This document shows, piece after piece, positions 37,801 to 51,479 of a DNA stretch of 64,000 nt (positions are counted from its first letter, which is position 1; each line of letters begins with the position of its first letter). The notes below the pieces were generated by a model. That model had not been told where the DNA came from. It saw only the letters and a program-made list of their open reading frames with translations, and did not search any database. This stretch comes from Epiperipatus broadwayi. Taxonomy: Eukaryota; Animalia; Onychophora. The stretch is from assembly GCA_028023455.1 (NCBI GenBank), contig JAQFVV010000002.1:13578001-13642000 (forward strand). Direction: 5' to 3'. Both the position numbers and the translations under genes were made by a program.

Positions 37801-40800
37801 ATTTAATTACCAACCATCTTTCTTTGTTGCTATTATAATCAAACTAAAATTTATCTAAAATAATTTATTTTTTTTACTGAATCTATTTTTATAAAAAATT
37901 AAAAAATACTTGACATACTGTGACGGTCATATTTGTATATTCACACAACAAAATTCAGAGTTTTGGCAAATTACACCAAGGCTGATCTAGATGAGAAGTT
38001 GAGATCTTGAATCAGATCGCACCTCAGCTCCTCCACCAACACTCCATGATTTACAACTCTATGAATGACATATATGAGGCTACACTTGGAGTTTCTTAGT
38101 TCGCATGCCGGCAGTGGTAAAGGGTGGAGCAAGAGACTTTGGGAATATTAACTAAATTAGTGATAGCTTCAAATAAACACCTCTACGGCTGGCTAGATAA
38201 TGCATATTTCAATAAGTAACACTAATATTAAGAAGCTTAACTAAGATTTAGGATGGATTACGAATGATACGCAACACAGTGGTTATAATTTAATATATTT
38301 TAAATTAATAAATATAAATTAAACAAACAGGAGTGCATTGAAGGACACACGCAGGTGTAAACAATGATGAGCAAGTTTGAAAATAGTATCTCATCTGATG
38401 CATTATATTTAAAAAGTGTTTATTACAATCTTAATAATCTATGGTTTCTAATCATGCCTTAATTTTACTATGCCCTACCTATTAGGTTTGCAATGGTTAT
38501 GTCTGTGCAAGAATGATGATTTATCATTGTAACATTTAATAAAAGGTCATTTAATAATACTTAGTGAGCTGCAATAGGCTCTCTATGCAGATTATATATG
38601 CACAAAACCAGAGTATATGTTCAGATCAATGCTGAAATATTACATTATGGAGGGATGAACTGGAGCTTTGTAGTATGACTTCAGTTACTATGGTGTTATA
38701 TATATTACTAGAGATGTGTGCACCATGTTTAGTTAATCAGGGGGTTCAGTACCAAGTACTCGGTTCCCGTGGACCGTACAACTTGCTGTGAATAAATTGA
38801 ACATATAGTTCGGTGATCGGAGCAGCTTATAAAAACAATCTAGACCCTCGTGTTCCAGTTCTAAAGAAGAGATGTCCGAACTAAGTAGATGGATGGCCAT
38901 TAAAACCAGAAGCCCATTCATATAAGAAACATAAAGCAAGGCATAAATGCACATAAGTGCTTCCTAAAGACACATTTTGCCACACTAAATATAATATTAA
39001 TTAATAACTTAAAGTACGCAAAATTCTATAGTTTCGTTCTGTGATACTACCATATGCCAGTTCATAATCGGCATTCTTAAAACATGCTAAAAGGAATACT
39101 TAAAAGTATCTAATTTATAAACAAATCTGCACAGTTTATAACTAAAAAGAGGGTTAAAGTCTATCTGGGACTTAAGCAATACATATAATATGCTTTATAA
39201 CTCATTCTTGCATTTATTAACTAATTAATTTATTAACTTGCAAACCTAATTCTAACAACAATAATAATATGCTAAACGTAATAGCTTAACAAATATATTT
39301 AGGTTTTCAGAGAGGAGATTTGTGTGTATATACTAAAGAGCAACATTACTTAATTATGAGAGCCTCTAATCATCTCTTCCCTTCTCAAACTTTATTCATA
39401 GAATCAATTTCCATCCTGATTTGAGCATAGCATAAATTATAAAATAAATATATATAAAACAAATAAGGAAGACATGACCGCAGATTAGCATTAATAAAAT
39501 AATAACTGAATAAGTTATTTAACAAGCATTTAGAGTTTTAGAAAGAAATAGGTAAGTTTACAATTATTAATTTTAACATTATGTTAAATCATATTTTACA
39601 GATTAAATCAATCTATTATTAGAGCATTATAGTTTAGAAGTTTGTGCATATTATAAATTAGAAGCTAGCTTAACTTTTAGATAATTTATTAGAGTTATTG
39701 TAAAGAGCTCTGCGGGAAAAATTGTTACCGCATCTTCTTTGTTGAAGCTTCTCTGTAGCTGATCAACATCATTCTCAGCTGGGTTAATCCGTTTCTGATG
39801 TCTTGGCAATTTAACTGGTCTCCCCCATTTTTCTATCTGCATAGACCGATCTCTCGAAAGGAGAGCCGGCAAATTGTAGGGCTTTAGCCGCCAAACTCCA
39901 TTTTCCAGTCAGCCATAAATGACTGGCAGCAATTACACATCAAATATTATGAAAAGTGAACCAAAGAATGAACTCCCCTACTGAAAATTTAGGTTATTTG
40001 TACCAGTGAAATCGGTAACTCGAGTGGCCTGTTTACAACATTACCCAAAGTTTTCATCAATAATTTAAAAAACGTAAAAATGAAACCCTTGGTCATTTCT
40101 TTGGCTAAAACAATAACGGTCAAACAGGTCATTTCTTGTTCTTAGTTTTATTTTTAAAAGACATTAAAATTTTGATTCCGAATTTGAATAATTGCTTACA
40201 GATGGTTTTCTAAGAATTTACATCTTTTATAAAAACAGCTAACTTTTTTTTTAAAAGAGTTTAAGTTCGTAAACATTTTTTTATATGTGTGTGTGGAACT
40301 ACCTCAGGAATTGAAATTTATATACAAATGCATTTAAATAAAGAGTTTTAACCGAGAATAATAATTTAAATTTATATTAATTTAGAAGAGTTGTAATGCT
40401 TTTTAATCTGTTGCATTACACTTCCTTCGCATATTTATGTAGGTAATTACACACATATAACAATGTTCATGCAACTTAATTTAAATTATACCATTTTATT
40501 AATTTCAAATTTATAAATGCATATGCATTATACACATATGGACATTAATATGACTCTTAGATATGCACACATATATGAACACACCCACATATACGTAAAT
40601 ATATGCTGTTACATATAAAATAAGTTATTAGAAGCTTATATATGTGGACCGGGATGGGTTTGAACTGGGGAAAAAGATACTACTGTGGAATGTAGTAGGT
40701 GAAACGGGATAATGGTTAAATAATACTGTTTCAATACATAGTTTATCCCTGTGAAAAGATGATTGGTGACAGCTTCTCTCTCCAGGTGTCTTGGGCAGTA

Positions 40801-40934
40801 TCATTTTAAATCAATGAATGTGTTATGTAGTAATATAGTTCAGTTATTCACAAGAAAAATTTTAAGATGTTCGCAAATGGATCATGAGTTATGAAAAATG
40901 TGACAGTATTTTTATATCTTAACCCATGATGAAA

Positions 40935-41105
40935 AAATGCATATATTAAATTTTGTTTTACATTTGGCAAAACTGGTATTGAAATATTTAAAATGATTAA
41001 AAAAATCTATGAAAGTGAAGGTGCAAGTCAAAAGAATGTTTCAATAGTTTACAAGATTTTATGATAGCAGGAAAAGAACTAAAGATGATCTATGAAGGTA
41101 TGAAA
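40935..41105 (+). mobile_element. Mariner transposase N-terminal remnant
   Basis: KFCFTFGKTGIEIFKMIKKIYESE resembles the mariner KFCFKLGKTATET..M...VYG motif. Confidence 0.6.
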
Positions 41106-42152
41106 CTTGCTACTACAATTTTTGTGAGCTAGTGGTCCCAATAAACTAGCACATTAAAAGTTTTGTGGTTTACAATTAAATTACATTGCTATATAACATG
41201 TATTGATTTAGAGATGGCCCTGCAAGCAGCTTGAAGAGGGAATCAGTCATTTTTTCACTATGAAACATTATATATATATAATAAATTATGGCATAGAACT
41301 TTCCATTATGCTTTATCTTTACAAGATAATCTAATTATAAAAACTTATTTTTATTTAATATATATGTGTACAGAAAATGCAAAAACATTCTAAATAATCA
41401 TTTCATTCAGAGTTGTCTAATAATTCAGTTTAGCTTTATGAAGCAGAGAGATAAAATATTTTTTATTAGCATTACATTCTACTTAGTTTTAGTATCAAAC
41501 TAATTCTCTTTTTTTTTGTCTAGCATTTAAACAAAAAAGAGGAGATAAGAGATGTCATTAGCAGAGAAGTAACATGATTTCTTTGAAAGCTGAGTAGTAA
41601 TTCAGCTTAACAAATCCAAAAATAAAAACTATCTTTCTTGCCTCCATTAACAGCAGAATAAATTTCATTATTTATGAAATGGCTAAATACATGGCATCCA
41701 TTATTGTAAATGTTAATGTTTATTTTTATTTAAAAAATAATATAGCTTTATAATGATTGAAAAAAGATATGTTTTAGATTTCACAATAATAAAGATTTAT
41801 AATTTTTCCTACTTACATCTAAATTGAATTATGCAAAAAGATATGAAATGGACTGTTTTATTTAAATTATGAAATTCCCGTATTTTTATCATACAATTGT
41901 ATATATGTAAATAAATAATTGTGTCATACAATGTTCATTTATTACTTTTTAAAAAGAACTTACATTCCCATTTGAACAAATAATACTGCTCAGTTCTAAA
42001 GTTTGTTTTATCTTTTAAATTTGAATTTTCATTTCAGAAATATTATGCACACACACAAAAAAGTTAGTAATAATGAAGTTTATAAATATTAAGAATTTTC
42101 ACAGTTTTGAAAACAAAAACTTAATTTAGAATTATTTTTCTTAATCAGCCAA

Positions 42153-42280
42153 GAATGCTGGTTCAACATGAAGTACATATATTGGAGATCTTTTATCTTT
42201 TTCACTTGTATGTGGTCATATATATCTGTTGTATAAGATGGAATGAATAGCTGTAGCAAACTTAAAAAGTCTGAATTCAA
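42153..42280 (+). mobile_element. FamB fragment, truncated inside the hammerhead core
   Basis: gaatgctggttcaacatgaagtacatatattgg followed by the FamB tail to aaaagtctgaattc. Confidence 0.7.
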
Positions 42281-42333
42281 ATTCCTTCTAAATTACATTA
42301 AGTTCAGCATAGACAATATACTTGTATTTAAGT

Positions 42334-45300
42334 CATCATCATCATCAACCATTATCAATCCACTGCAGGATGAAGGTCTCCAAGTTTAATACATCTTCGA
42401 TCTTTAGCTTCTCTTCTCCACATCACCCCTGCACACTTTCTTATTTCATCCATCCATCTCACATGTGGTCTCTTACTGTGTCTTTTACAATCTCTTGGAA
42501 TCCAGTTTAAGATTTCAATTGTCCATCTATTATCATCTCTTCTAGCAATATGTACAGCCCAACTCCACTTCAATCTTTTAATTTTTTCAATGAGGTCAGT
42601 AACACCTGTTTGTTCTCTTACCCATACATTGCGTTTTCGATCTTTTCTTGTTACTCCCAACATGCATCTATCCATACTTCTTTGAGTGGTCTGGAGTCTC
42701 TGTATTGCTCTTATATTAAGTGTCCAAGTCCCAGATCCATATGTAAGAACTGGTAAAACCCATTTGTTAAAAACCTTCTTTTCAAACGCATAGGCATATT
42801 TCCTTTTAATATCAAGTTATTTCTACCAAAAGTACTCCAATCAAGTTTAATTCTATGATTAATTTCCTGCATTATGTTTCCATCTGTATTAATAATCTGA
42901 CCAAGGTATTTGTAACTATTAACTTTTTCTAATTCATCATAATCAATCTTTATTTTCATATTCTGAGCCAATCGATTAAACATTACTTTAGTCTTTTTAA
43001 CATTTATCTTTAGTCCTACTTTCATCTGATAACTCCTGCAGCTCTGAAGCATTATTTGCAAAAACAACTATATCATCTGCAAAATCTAAATGACTTAAAT
43101 AATCTCCATTTACTTTCACTCCTTTAGTTTCCCATTGTAATCTACAAAAAATTCTTGCAACACTGCTGTAAAAAATTTTGGAGATATGGAGTCACCTTGT
43201 CTTACACCTTTCTCAATGTTGACTTTTCCAGTATCATTATGTAATCTAATTGTTACTGTTGCATTTTTATAAATATTCTTTAAAATATGACAATATCTTG
43301 GATCTATACCTTGATGATCCAATGCTTTAATCACTGAAGAAATCTGTATAGAATCAAATGCCTTTTCATAATCTACAAATCCAAAACATAATGGCAACTC
43401 ATATTCATTTGTCCTTTCTATAACTTCTCTCAATACCTGGATATGATCTGTACTAAAACCATTTTTAAATCCAGCTTGTTCCCTTGGTTGGTGGAAATCC
43501 AATGTTCTTTGTAGACGAGTTATAATTATCTTGGTAAAAATTTTGTATAAAACTGATAAAAGGCTGATAGGTCTGTAATTTCTAATATCTTCTTTATCAC
43601 CTTTTTTAAATATTAATATTATTACTGCATTCTTCCAATCATCTGGTACATCTTTATCATTTAGACATTTGCTATATAACTTTTGCTAAAAAAATTTCTA
43701 TTTCTTCACCTGCTTCTTTTAATACATCAATTATAATTCCATCATTACCTGGAGCCGTTCCTTTTTTCATACATTTAATTGCATGTTTCACTTCTTCATT
43801 TAAAATTCTGGGCAATTCAGAAGATGTAATAGAAATAGGAGGTACTTGTTCTTTATTACTATATAATTTTCTTATTCTTCTCTATCACTTTCTTTGCATA
43901 TTTTCATATAATCATATATATTGCTTATAACACCTCTTTCATATACACTTCTATGCAACAAATTTTCTTAAAAACTTCTTTATTTTTCTTACAGTTTCGA
44001 CTGTCCAGCAGTCTTCATCAGAACTACAAGATTTGAATAATATAAATACATAACCATCATTTTACATATATATAAAATACATAACCATCATTTCACATAT
44101 ATATTTCACATATATATAATATACACATATTCCCTTCATACATATACATATAGATCTACATCATCCCTAGACATATATAAAATCCATACCTACATCTATA
44201 TATACATATGCATATTCAATATATACACATACCTCTTTTAAACATACATATGTATACTCTACTTACATATATATAAAATATAAAGCATATCCAATACACC
44301 GTTTTTTAAAAAAAAATTTGTACTTTTTGAAACTATTTTATTTTTACTTTTTTTTTAATTTTTAAAAAAATCCTTTTAAATATTATTCTTTATTAGTATT
44401 ATTTTATAATTTTCCTTTCATCATTTTTTATTATCTATCTTTTCAATATTATCTAATATATAATATCTTTTACTTTAATATCTGTAATTTTAATTTTTAA
44501 ACTTTTATCTTTATATCGCTAATTAATATTTTTCTTTAATACTATCTACCTCTAATCTTCTCTGTTTTAATTAGAATGATGGTTATTTCAAATTTTTTAT
44601 CTTGTTTTTTTCATTTAAAACAGCTCCATCTGTTATCAATTTTATAAAACTTATAATTCTATTTTAAACTTCCAACTTTCCCATTTATATTTATTAACCA
44701 TATTCAAATATTATAAATACAACTACATAACCATCATTTCACATATAAATATACATGTGAATATCTAATATCCATACATCTCCTACATATAGAAACTGTA
44801 AGGAAAATAAAGAAGTTTTTAAGAAAATTTGTTGCATAGAAGTGTAAATCAAAGAAGTGTTATAAGCAATATATACTATATAATTCTTGATAAAAGTCTT
44901 CTACCCATTTCATAATGTCATCTCTCTTTTTTTCTTACTGCAGATATAAATTTCCTACCAATACCAAAATGTTTTACATTCTTGAGACTTATTTTCTTCT
45001 ACAGCTTTCCTTGCTAATTCACAGTTATACTTTCTTATATCACTTTCAACTCTTTTCCGTACCATTTTACAAAATTCGAGATATTCAATCTTTTTTAATG
45101 CATCATTGTTGTATATCCTCATATTCCTTCTTTTTTTCATAAATTCTCTAGTCTCGGTAGAAATTTTATTGGTCAATTGCTGTTTTTTTCTACCAGCTAT
45201 CTTTGTTGCAGTTTTTAAAAGTATATCAGTTATTTTCATATTAATTTCATTCAAATCTGAATCATGTTCAAAATCTACTAATACTTGAAACCGATTTTGC

Positions 45301-45345
45301 ATCTTATCAGTAAAAGTGATTTAAAGGTCTTTGTATGTAATTTGT
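42334..45345 (-). mobile_element. RTE-clade LINE, 5'-truncated (linker + RT), interrupted by a ~1-kb insertion
   Basis: EQAGFKNGFSTDHI, FVDYEKAFDSI, KGVRQGDSISPKFF, LSHLDFADD, RWMDEIRK; (TGA)n tail at 42334-42347. Confidence 0.93.
43869..44873 (-). mobile_element. Penelope-like non-coding insertion with ~83-bp inverted arms and a 12-bp target duplication
   Basis: tactatataatt at 43857-68 and 44874-85; arms 43915-43997 / 44793-44874; minus-strand CTGATGAA-GACTG(CTGGA)CAGTC-GAAACTGTA at 43990-44021. Confidence 0.8.
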
Positions 45346-45738
45346 ATCAGTAATAATGAAATTATTAATAATAATAATCTGATGGTGTTCAAAAATGGTC
45401 AGAAAGTTTATTTAGTATGGAGCTCCAATTTACTTCAGGCTATCCTTCATTTGCTTTTAAAAATATTGTCAATAACAAAGTACAATTTTTTTTTTTAACC
45501 ATATCTTAAATTCTAGTTAATAAACATGGAAAAATATGAAGCTATAAAAAGAATTTAAGGATGTATAAAATATAAATGATGTCAATAAGCATTCAAAGTC
45601 ATATTCTGCTGCCTTAAAAGATAACTAATCCTATCTTATTTTACTCCACTAATAAATTAAGTGATAAGTTTAACAAAAGATCATGGGTATTGGCCTATAC
45701 TTTTTATTTTAATATCTTAAAAATTATTTTATTTTCTT

Positions 45739-46326
45739 TATGAGATGGCACTGAGAGTAGTGGGTTGTATGAAAGTCTGAGTTTGAATCCCGCATATATT
45801 ACATATATAAATGCAGGTTTAAGCCTGTACAATGTATTAATTTATATAAATAGTGTGCAAAAGGTCTGCCCATTCCTCGCATATGTATGTATAAATGGAT
45901 TATTCTCCTGTACATGAGAGGTCAGAATGACTAATATGTCAACATGGGTAGGATGACAACCTTGGTACTAACAAGAGCTTTGGATGTTTCATCATCAGAT
46001 TTTCAATGAAATGGAAGGCTGAAGAATTGTGAGTTGGAATAGTTTGAAGCCTGTCCATTAAAGTATGAAGATTGACTATCTTAATATAAAGCTGAGCACT
46101 GATTGTATATATGTGTGGAGATAGTAATCTAGACTAATTGATGATTGCTGTTTTAGCATGAAATACGTATATTGGTGCTTATTTATCTTTTCAACATGTG
46201 TGTGATCAGGTGTGTCGGCAATATGAGATGGCACTGAGAGTAGTGGTGTCTTGTGAAAGTCTGAGTTTGAATCCCACATATATTACATATACAAATTGCA
46301 GGTTTAAGCCTGTACAATGTATTAAT
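45739..46326 (+). mobile_element. FamB: one 483-bp monomer plus ~103-bp terminal direct redundancy
   Basis: 45739-45841 is repeated at 46222-46326; one HHR motif at 46133-46176. Confidence 0.9.
46133..46176 (+). ncRNA. Minimal type I hammerhead motif (FamB), C3-to-U mutated
   Basis: actaa ttgatga ttgct(gtttt)agcat gaaa tacgta ta|ttggt; palindromic helix III AUACGUAU. Confidence 0.7.
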
Positions 46327-46479
46327 GGACTATTAGATAAACTTCACATAATAGATAGTTTGCTCTAGTACTTTATTTTTTATAAAAACTTTTTTGAAAT
46401 TGACAAAAATATTATCAATCAAAAGATTCTATCTAAACTCACAAGGAATGATAAGATTACACACTATTGTATTTATTGA

Positions 46480-47700
46480 ACATGGGTTTTGAGAAAAGTT
46501 TTAACATATTTTTAAATGTTTTTGAGATAGTGGATAAGAAGCAGATCTTTGTTCTTATCTCCAAATAGAAAGCATTTTAACATACAATTAAAAAAGAAAT
46601 CTGTTAATGCTATACACATAAATTGAACAATAATATGAAAATCTCTCTATATAAAGATTTTCCAAATGTTTCAAAAGGTGAAATGATCTCTGACAGTGCT
46701 GTTTAAAAAACTGATTCAATTGTTTATGCAAAAATTGTGTTCATTTCCTAAATCAAACATATGAACATTAGAATAGGAAATCCTTTACCATTCTGTTGGA
46801 GCATTGCTGCCCATATATATAGTCTTATAATTTGGTTATGTTAGCATTCTTTTCATTGTAGATAAATTTGTCAACTGAGTAAACAATTTACTGTATAAGA
46901 GAAGTAACAGAAATTTCACTATCTTTAAATAATATTCAATGCAGTTTTAATGTGAAAGGACTTGGTAAATTATTTAAATGAGCTAATTCTTATCTTTTAT
47001 AACTTTTCATTCCAAAGGTGTCTTAATAGTTAAGTGAAAGTAAAATCCACTTTTTCAACAATCCAATATTAATTCAATACCTCCAGAAATTCTGAACTTT
47101 TATTATGTACCTAATAATAAGTAAGGAACCATAACTATATTTTAATTATTCTATTTCATCTATTGAACTAATAGTTTTTATATCCACTCATTGCTCAGAA
47201 TATTTGTTTTTAATCATTTTTATTTATTGGCTGTTTATTCATTTAATAAGCCACGAATCTATTTGATATGATTAGTGAACTTCATAATAATTTCTGGTAA
47301 TTTTCTCTGTATCTAGTGTCTGGTTTTTGAACTTTCATTTGCTTGAACTTTAGAAAACTTATTCCCCCTGAAATTGAGAGTAAAATAGATCTCTGCTTTC
47401 TTTCTGCCCATATGTCTAATTTAATAACCTATTAAACAATTCTGTTTTGTTTTTGTTAAGCTTCAAATACTATCAAATCTTACTCTGATGAATAAGCAAT
47501 TGAATATACTTTTAAAATTGCTGATTATTACTTCCATAATTCTATTCCTTCATTCTTTAGCAAAATTGTTAAAATATAGCAGTTGCTTATTTGTTCACTT
47601 CACCATCAAATAAAAACAGATCTTACAGTGTCTATTTAAAATGCAAAATTCCAGATAGAAAAAAAATTATATCTTAATACTTCTTTTACAAGTAATTAAA
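46480..47700 (-). mobile_element. Very degenerate LINE RT remnant
   Basis: Only weak motif-like traces (RSILLS resembling RPISLL); frames badly broken. Confidence 0.25.
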
Positions 47701-48132
47701 TCCTTTTTGATTTTTAGAGCAATAAGAAAGAACAAAGCTATGAACTGAAAAAAATTATTCAATAGGATTGTGAATTTTAAAATTATTAAAAAGGGTGACC
47801 TAATCTTTATCCATTGCTGCTCTCTCATATGTTTGATTCAAATTCTGAAAAGCATCCTTCAAGAAAATAGTGTTGAATAATTAATTATAAAGAGTGAAAA
47901 ATCCTTAAAATATAAACAATTTCATTACATGATTCAATCTTTTAATTATATCCTATAATAAATATTAATTATTTATCATTCAATACATGATTTATCTAGG
48001 ATCAAAAAATATTAAATGTATCCAAAAAAGGTGGAAAAAAAAGATTATTCTCCCTGATGAAATCAACTGAATGGAATTTATAATTTTTTAAATATCTAAC
48101 AGGCTATATATATATATACCTATACAAACAGT

Positions 48133-48209
48133 GTAATATATAGGGTATTTTGAACTCAGACTTTTGCAGGACCCTCAGAATTGAGGGTTGTATGAAAGTC
48201 TGAGCTCAA
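48133..48209. repeat. Miniature fold-back of the FamB tail
   Basis: ttgaactcagacttt...accctca (48150-48177) pairs with tgagggt...aaagtctgagctcaa (48182-48209). Confidence 0.75.
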
Positions 48210-49717
48210 CATTTTTTAATCTAAAAAGCTAATCAATATTTAGTAAAAATAAAATTGAAAAAAATTATTTATACAATTATAAATAAATGGAGTCATATTA
48301 AAATATATATGTTTTTAAAAATATATATATACAAAAAAAAGAGGAGAGAAAAAATACATATAGTTGCGCTACAAGCAAGGATTTTGAAGAAAGCATGTGA
48401 AAAAGATAAATGATCTCCAAGGCAGCTTGAAAGTCTGGGTTCAAATCCCCTATAATTATATCTAAACTTCAGGGGTTATAAAGTATACCTGTTTTTAAAT
48501 ACAACATATGTAAATATTGTATATTTTTTCATTTTTCTGTTAATAAGTTAATGCAAAAAAAAAAGAAAACTGTAAATATTGTAATTAATTTTTCCATTAT
48601 TTCTTTTTTTAAAATAATAATAAAAAATAAAATTAATTATTAAATATGATGTTTCCTAGCAGGCATTTTTTTTTTTGTAAACATTTGGGGGGAGGGGCGA
48701 AATTGTAGATTTATCAAAAATACAGTTTTGGTTTACTTGAAAACTTCTAAGTACCAAAAAATTTTATTGTATAGAAATTTAGTAGATAAGATTCTAATAT
48801 ATCTTGATTCATTCTTTTGGTGATAAATATCAGTAAAATTTTAATATTTGTTTTATTAATTTGTTAAATTCTGATAGGCTTCTACTTTTAATCTTTTTGT
48901 TAAAATAGGATTTTTTTTATTGAACTTTATTTCCTATAAATTGAAAAATCTAAGTTTGAATTAAATTTATTGAAGTTCAGTTGAATAATTAGAGAGCTTA
49001 TTTTAGAAATTAAAATGGTTTCTTATTTCGGTAGTAATTCCATTACAATATAATGCCTTGCACAAAATAACTGTTTTGTATTCATCATCCATGGCTGATG
49101 AGAATAGTTTGAACTCAAAATACAAATAATTCATAATGTTTATTGAATGTAAATAAAATGAATCAGTTGCCTATAGATAGTTCAAAAAAATATGCTTGCT
49201 TTATTTTTATGCTCATTAGAAAAATTATAGATTTAAATGTTAAAAAAAAAAAAAAATCTGAAAAAAAATATTGGAAATTGAAATTGTCTGTTCACCAGTA
49301 TGTTTGCTTTATTATTTACATCATTTTCTTTTAAATAATCAAATACATGTGTAATGTCAATTTTGCATAGCTTTTAATCTAGACAAAATTTTAAGAGTCC
49401 TTTAAATTTCCATGGCCACCAAATTTATTTATTTTGACATGATTCGTGTAACATTTTTATTTAAGTTTGAATAAATTTGTGTGCGTCCATTTTAAAATAA
49501 GCAAACCATACATATAGTGAATAAATGAATCCATTGGACTGACATAAGCAAGCTTCTTTTATTTTTTTTAAAGATATGGGTGATTGAATTTTTATAGGAG
49601 AATCATGTCTTATCTCATAGATTATTGATAGTCAACTTAAGCTTTAAAATGAATTTGATATATATATACGGATTTTTGCTTTGTTTGCCTTTTTAAATTT
49701 TTTTTTTTTTTTTTTAG

Positions 49718-49755
49718 ATCATCCTGATGAACCTCAATTTCAGATGGACATCTAG
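49718..49755 (+). CDS. EIF4EBP: 4E-BP exon 3 (terminal coding exon)
   Basis: Long poly-T tract + tag|; (D)HPDEPQFQMDI* ends in a TOS motif (FEMDI-like); phase matches exon 2; total protein 115 aa. Confidence 0.95.
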
Positions 49756-51479
49756 ATAACAATTTTCTGCTTTATTCTTGTTTTAAGCAGAATTTGGGTT
49801 TTGACGCACCATTGAAATAAGACGAATGTTTCAAAAGACATTCACTGCTTACCAAGAATTGCTCCAACTATTTTTGTATAAAGCAAGAAAGAGCAATATA
49901 TATATATAATAATAATAAATACACGCCAAAATCAACAGTGTATGAGTTTTTTAAAAAAAAATTGTTTGATTTGCCTGACCTTTGGCCAAATTAAAACATG
50001 TTGAACTTTTTTTAGATTCATAAATATCACTGAAAGATTTTTGAAATGAAAAGGAAAAGAAAAAAGAATATATGAATTTGTTGTATACATAATGTTATGG
50101 GTAACGTATAAAAAGAAAAAGAGAAAATTATGTGCTGTAGTTTAATTCACAATTGCTTTTCCCTTTTTTTTTTATTTATCCTGCAATGTAAATTATGAAC
50201 TCCCCCTTTTTTTCTAATATTTTATTAATTTTTTTTTTTTTAATATTTAATGCTTTCCATTATCTACCATTATAAAGTGACTGAGAATTTCAGTATTAAA
50301 TTTTAGTAGAATGCTAACTTGCCTTTATTTTTTTTTTTTGTAATGTAATACAGTATTTCGTTTTCAATTATGTTTATGTATATAAGATTTTTTAAATGTC
50401 TCATTTCTATATACTTGAGGAGGGGTGTGTTAATAATCAAGGATATCTTTTTGAAAAAATAATAATAATTATTTGTTTTATTTAATCAATATTCATTTTT
50501 TTCTTGATCAAATTTATGAATTTGTTCCCCAAGAAAGAAAAAAAAAAAGATTTTATATGTTAGCAGAGAGAGAGAACAGAGTAATTCTCTAAATGTTTGG
50601 AGGGATATTTCATCCATTATAGAGATATTTTTAAGAAAATTAAATTGGTGTTTAATTTATATAGAAAATATTAAAGTTAGAATTATTTTATATGAAATAA
50701 ATATATTTTCACGAAATATGTATTTTTATATATATATTTTTTGCATTTGTCTTCAATAATCTTGCCGTTTATGTATTTAAAAGGTAAAATTGTTTTAATT
50801 TTCTAACAATTATGTATATTTTTTTTTGTGTACACAAAAAGTTCAGACTAAAACAAAACATTTTGGTTTTATAAGTCTAGTTTATTTTCATTTTATGCAT
50901 TTGAATAGCTTAAAATATCAATTTAGGCTGTTTATTTTTGATGATTTACTGAAGTTTTATCTGTAAAAATAATAATAATTCATTACTGCTTAATTTATTT
51001 GATTATATTTAAGCCATAATATTCAAGTTTTGCTATTGTGATTGATTTCTTGTAAAGAGGAAAAATTGAATTCTCCCCTCTCCTACTATATGGGTTTGTT
51101 TTGGTTGTGGTAAAAAACACTTTTTCAGCAGTATATTTTAATTTTTTCATTTAGGTATTCTCTCTTTATAAAAACATATCTAGTATGAATTAACCGATTT
51201 TATCAACATGTAATAATAATTGTGTTTATTTTATTATTTATATATTCAACAATAATTATGCTGTAATTAGAGGTAAACATTTAATGATCTGATACTAAAG
51301 TATGGTGATAATATAATATATCAAATAGATTGAAAGATTTAAAAATTGGAAACATAAAATTCATATATACATATTCGCTTGTATATAATTAAGATAAAAA
51401 TAAAATATTTTTTTAATATTCAATTTAATATTTCAAGCTTCTACAAATTTTTTAAAAAACTCACATATGGATTACAGGA

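Noticed and set aside
40625-40650. B-box-like gttcaaaccc on the minus strand
   Set aside because: No A-box or tRNA-like fold at a suitable distance.
45985-46005. Antisense CTGATGATGAAA inside FamB (a second-polarity ribozyme?)
   Set aside because: No helix II between CUGAUGA and GAAA, and no helix I.
49090-49135. ctgatgag...ctcaaaatacaaata, FamB-core-like
   Set aside because: Helices I and II do not pair and the flanks do not match FamB.
49724-49730. CTGATGA in 4E-BP exon 3
   Set aside because: Explained by the codons for P-D-E; there is no downstream GAAA or stems.
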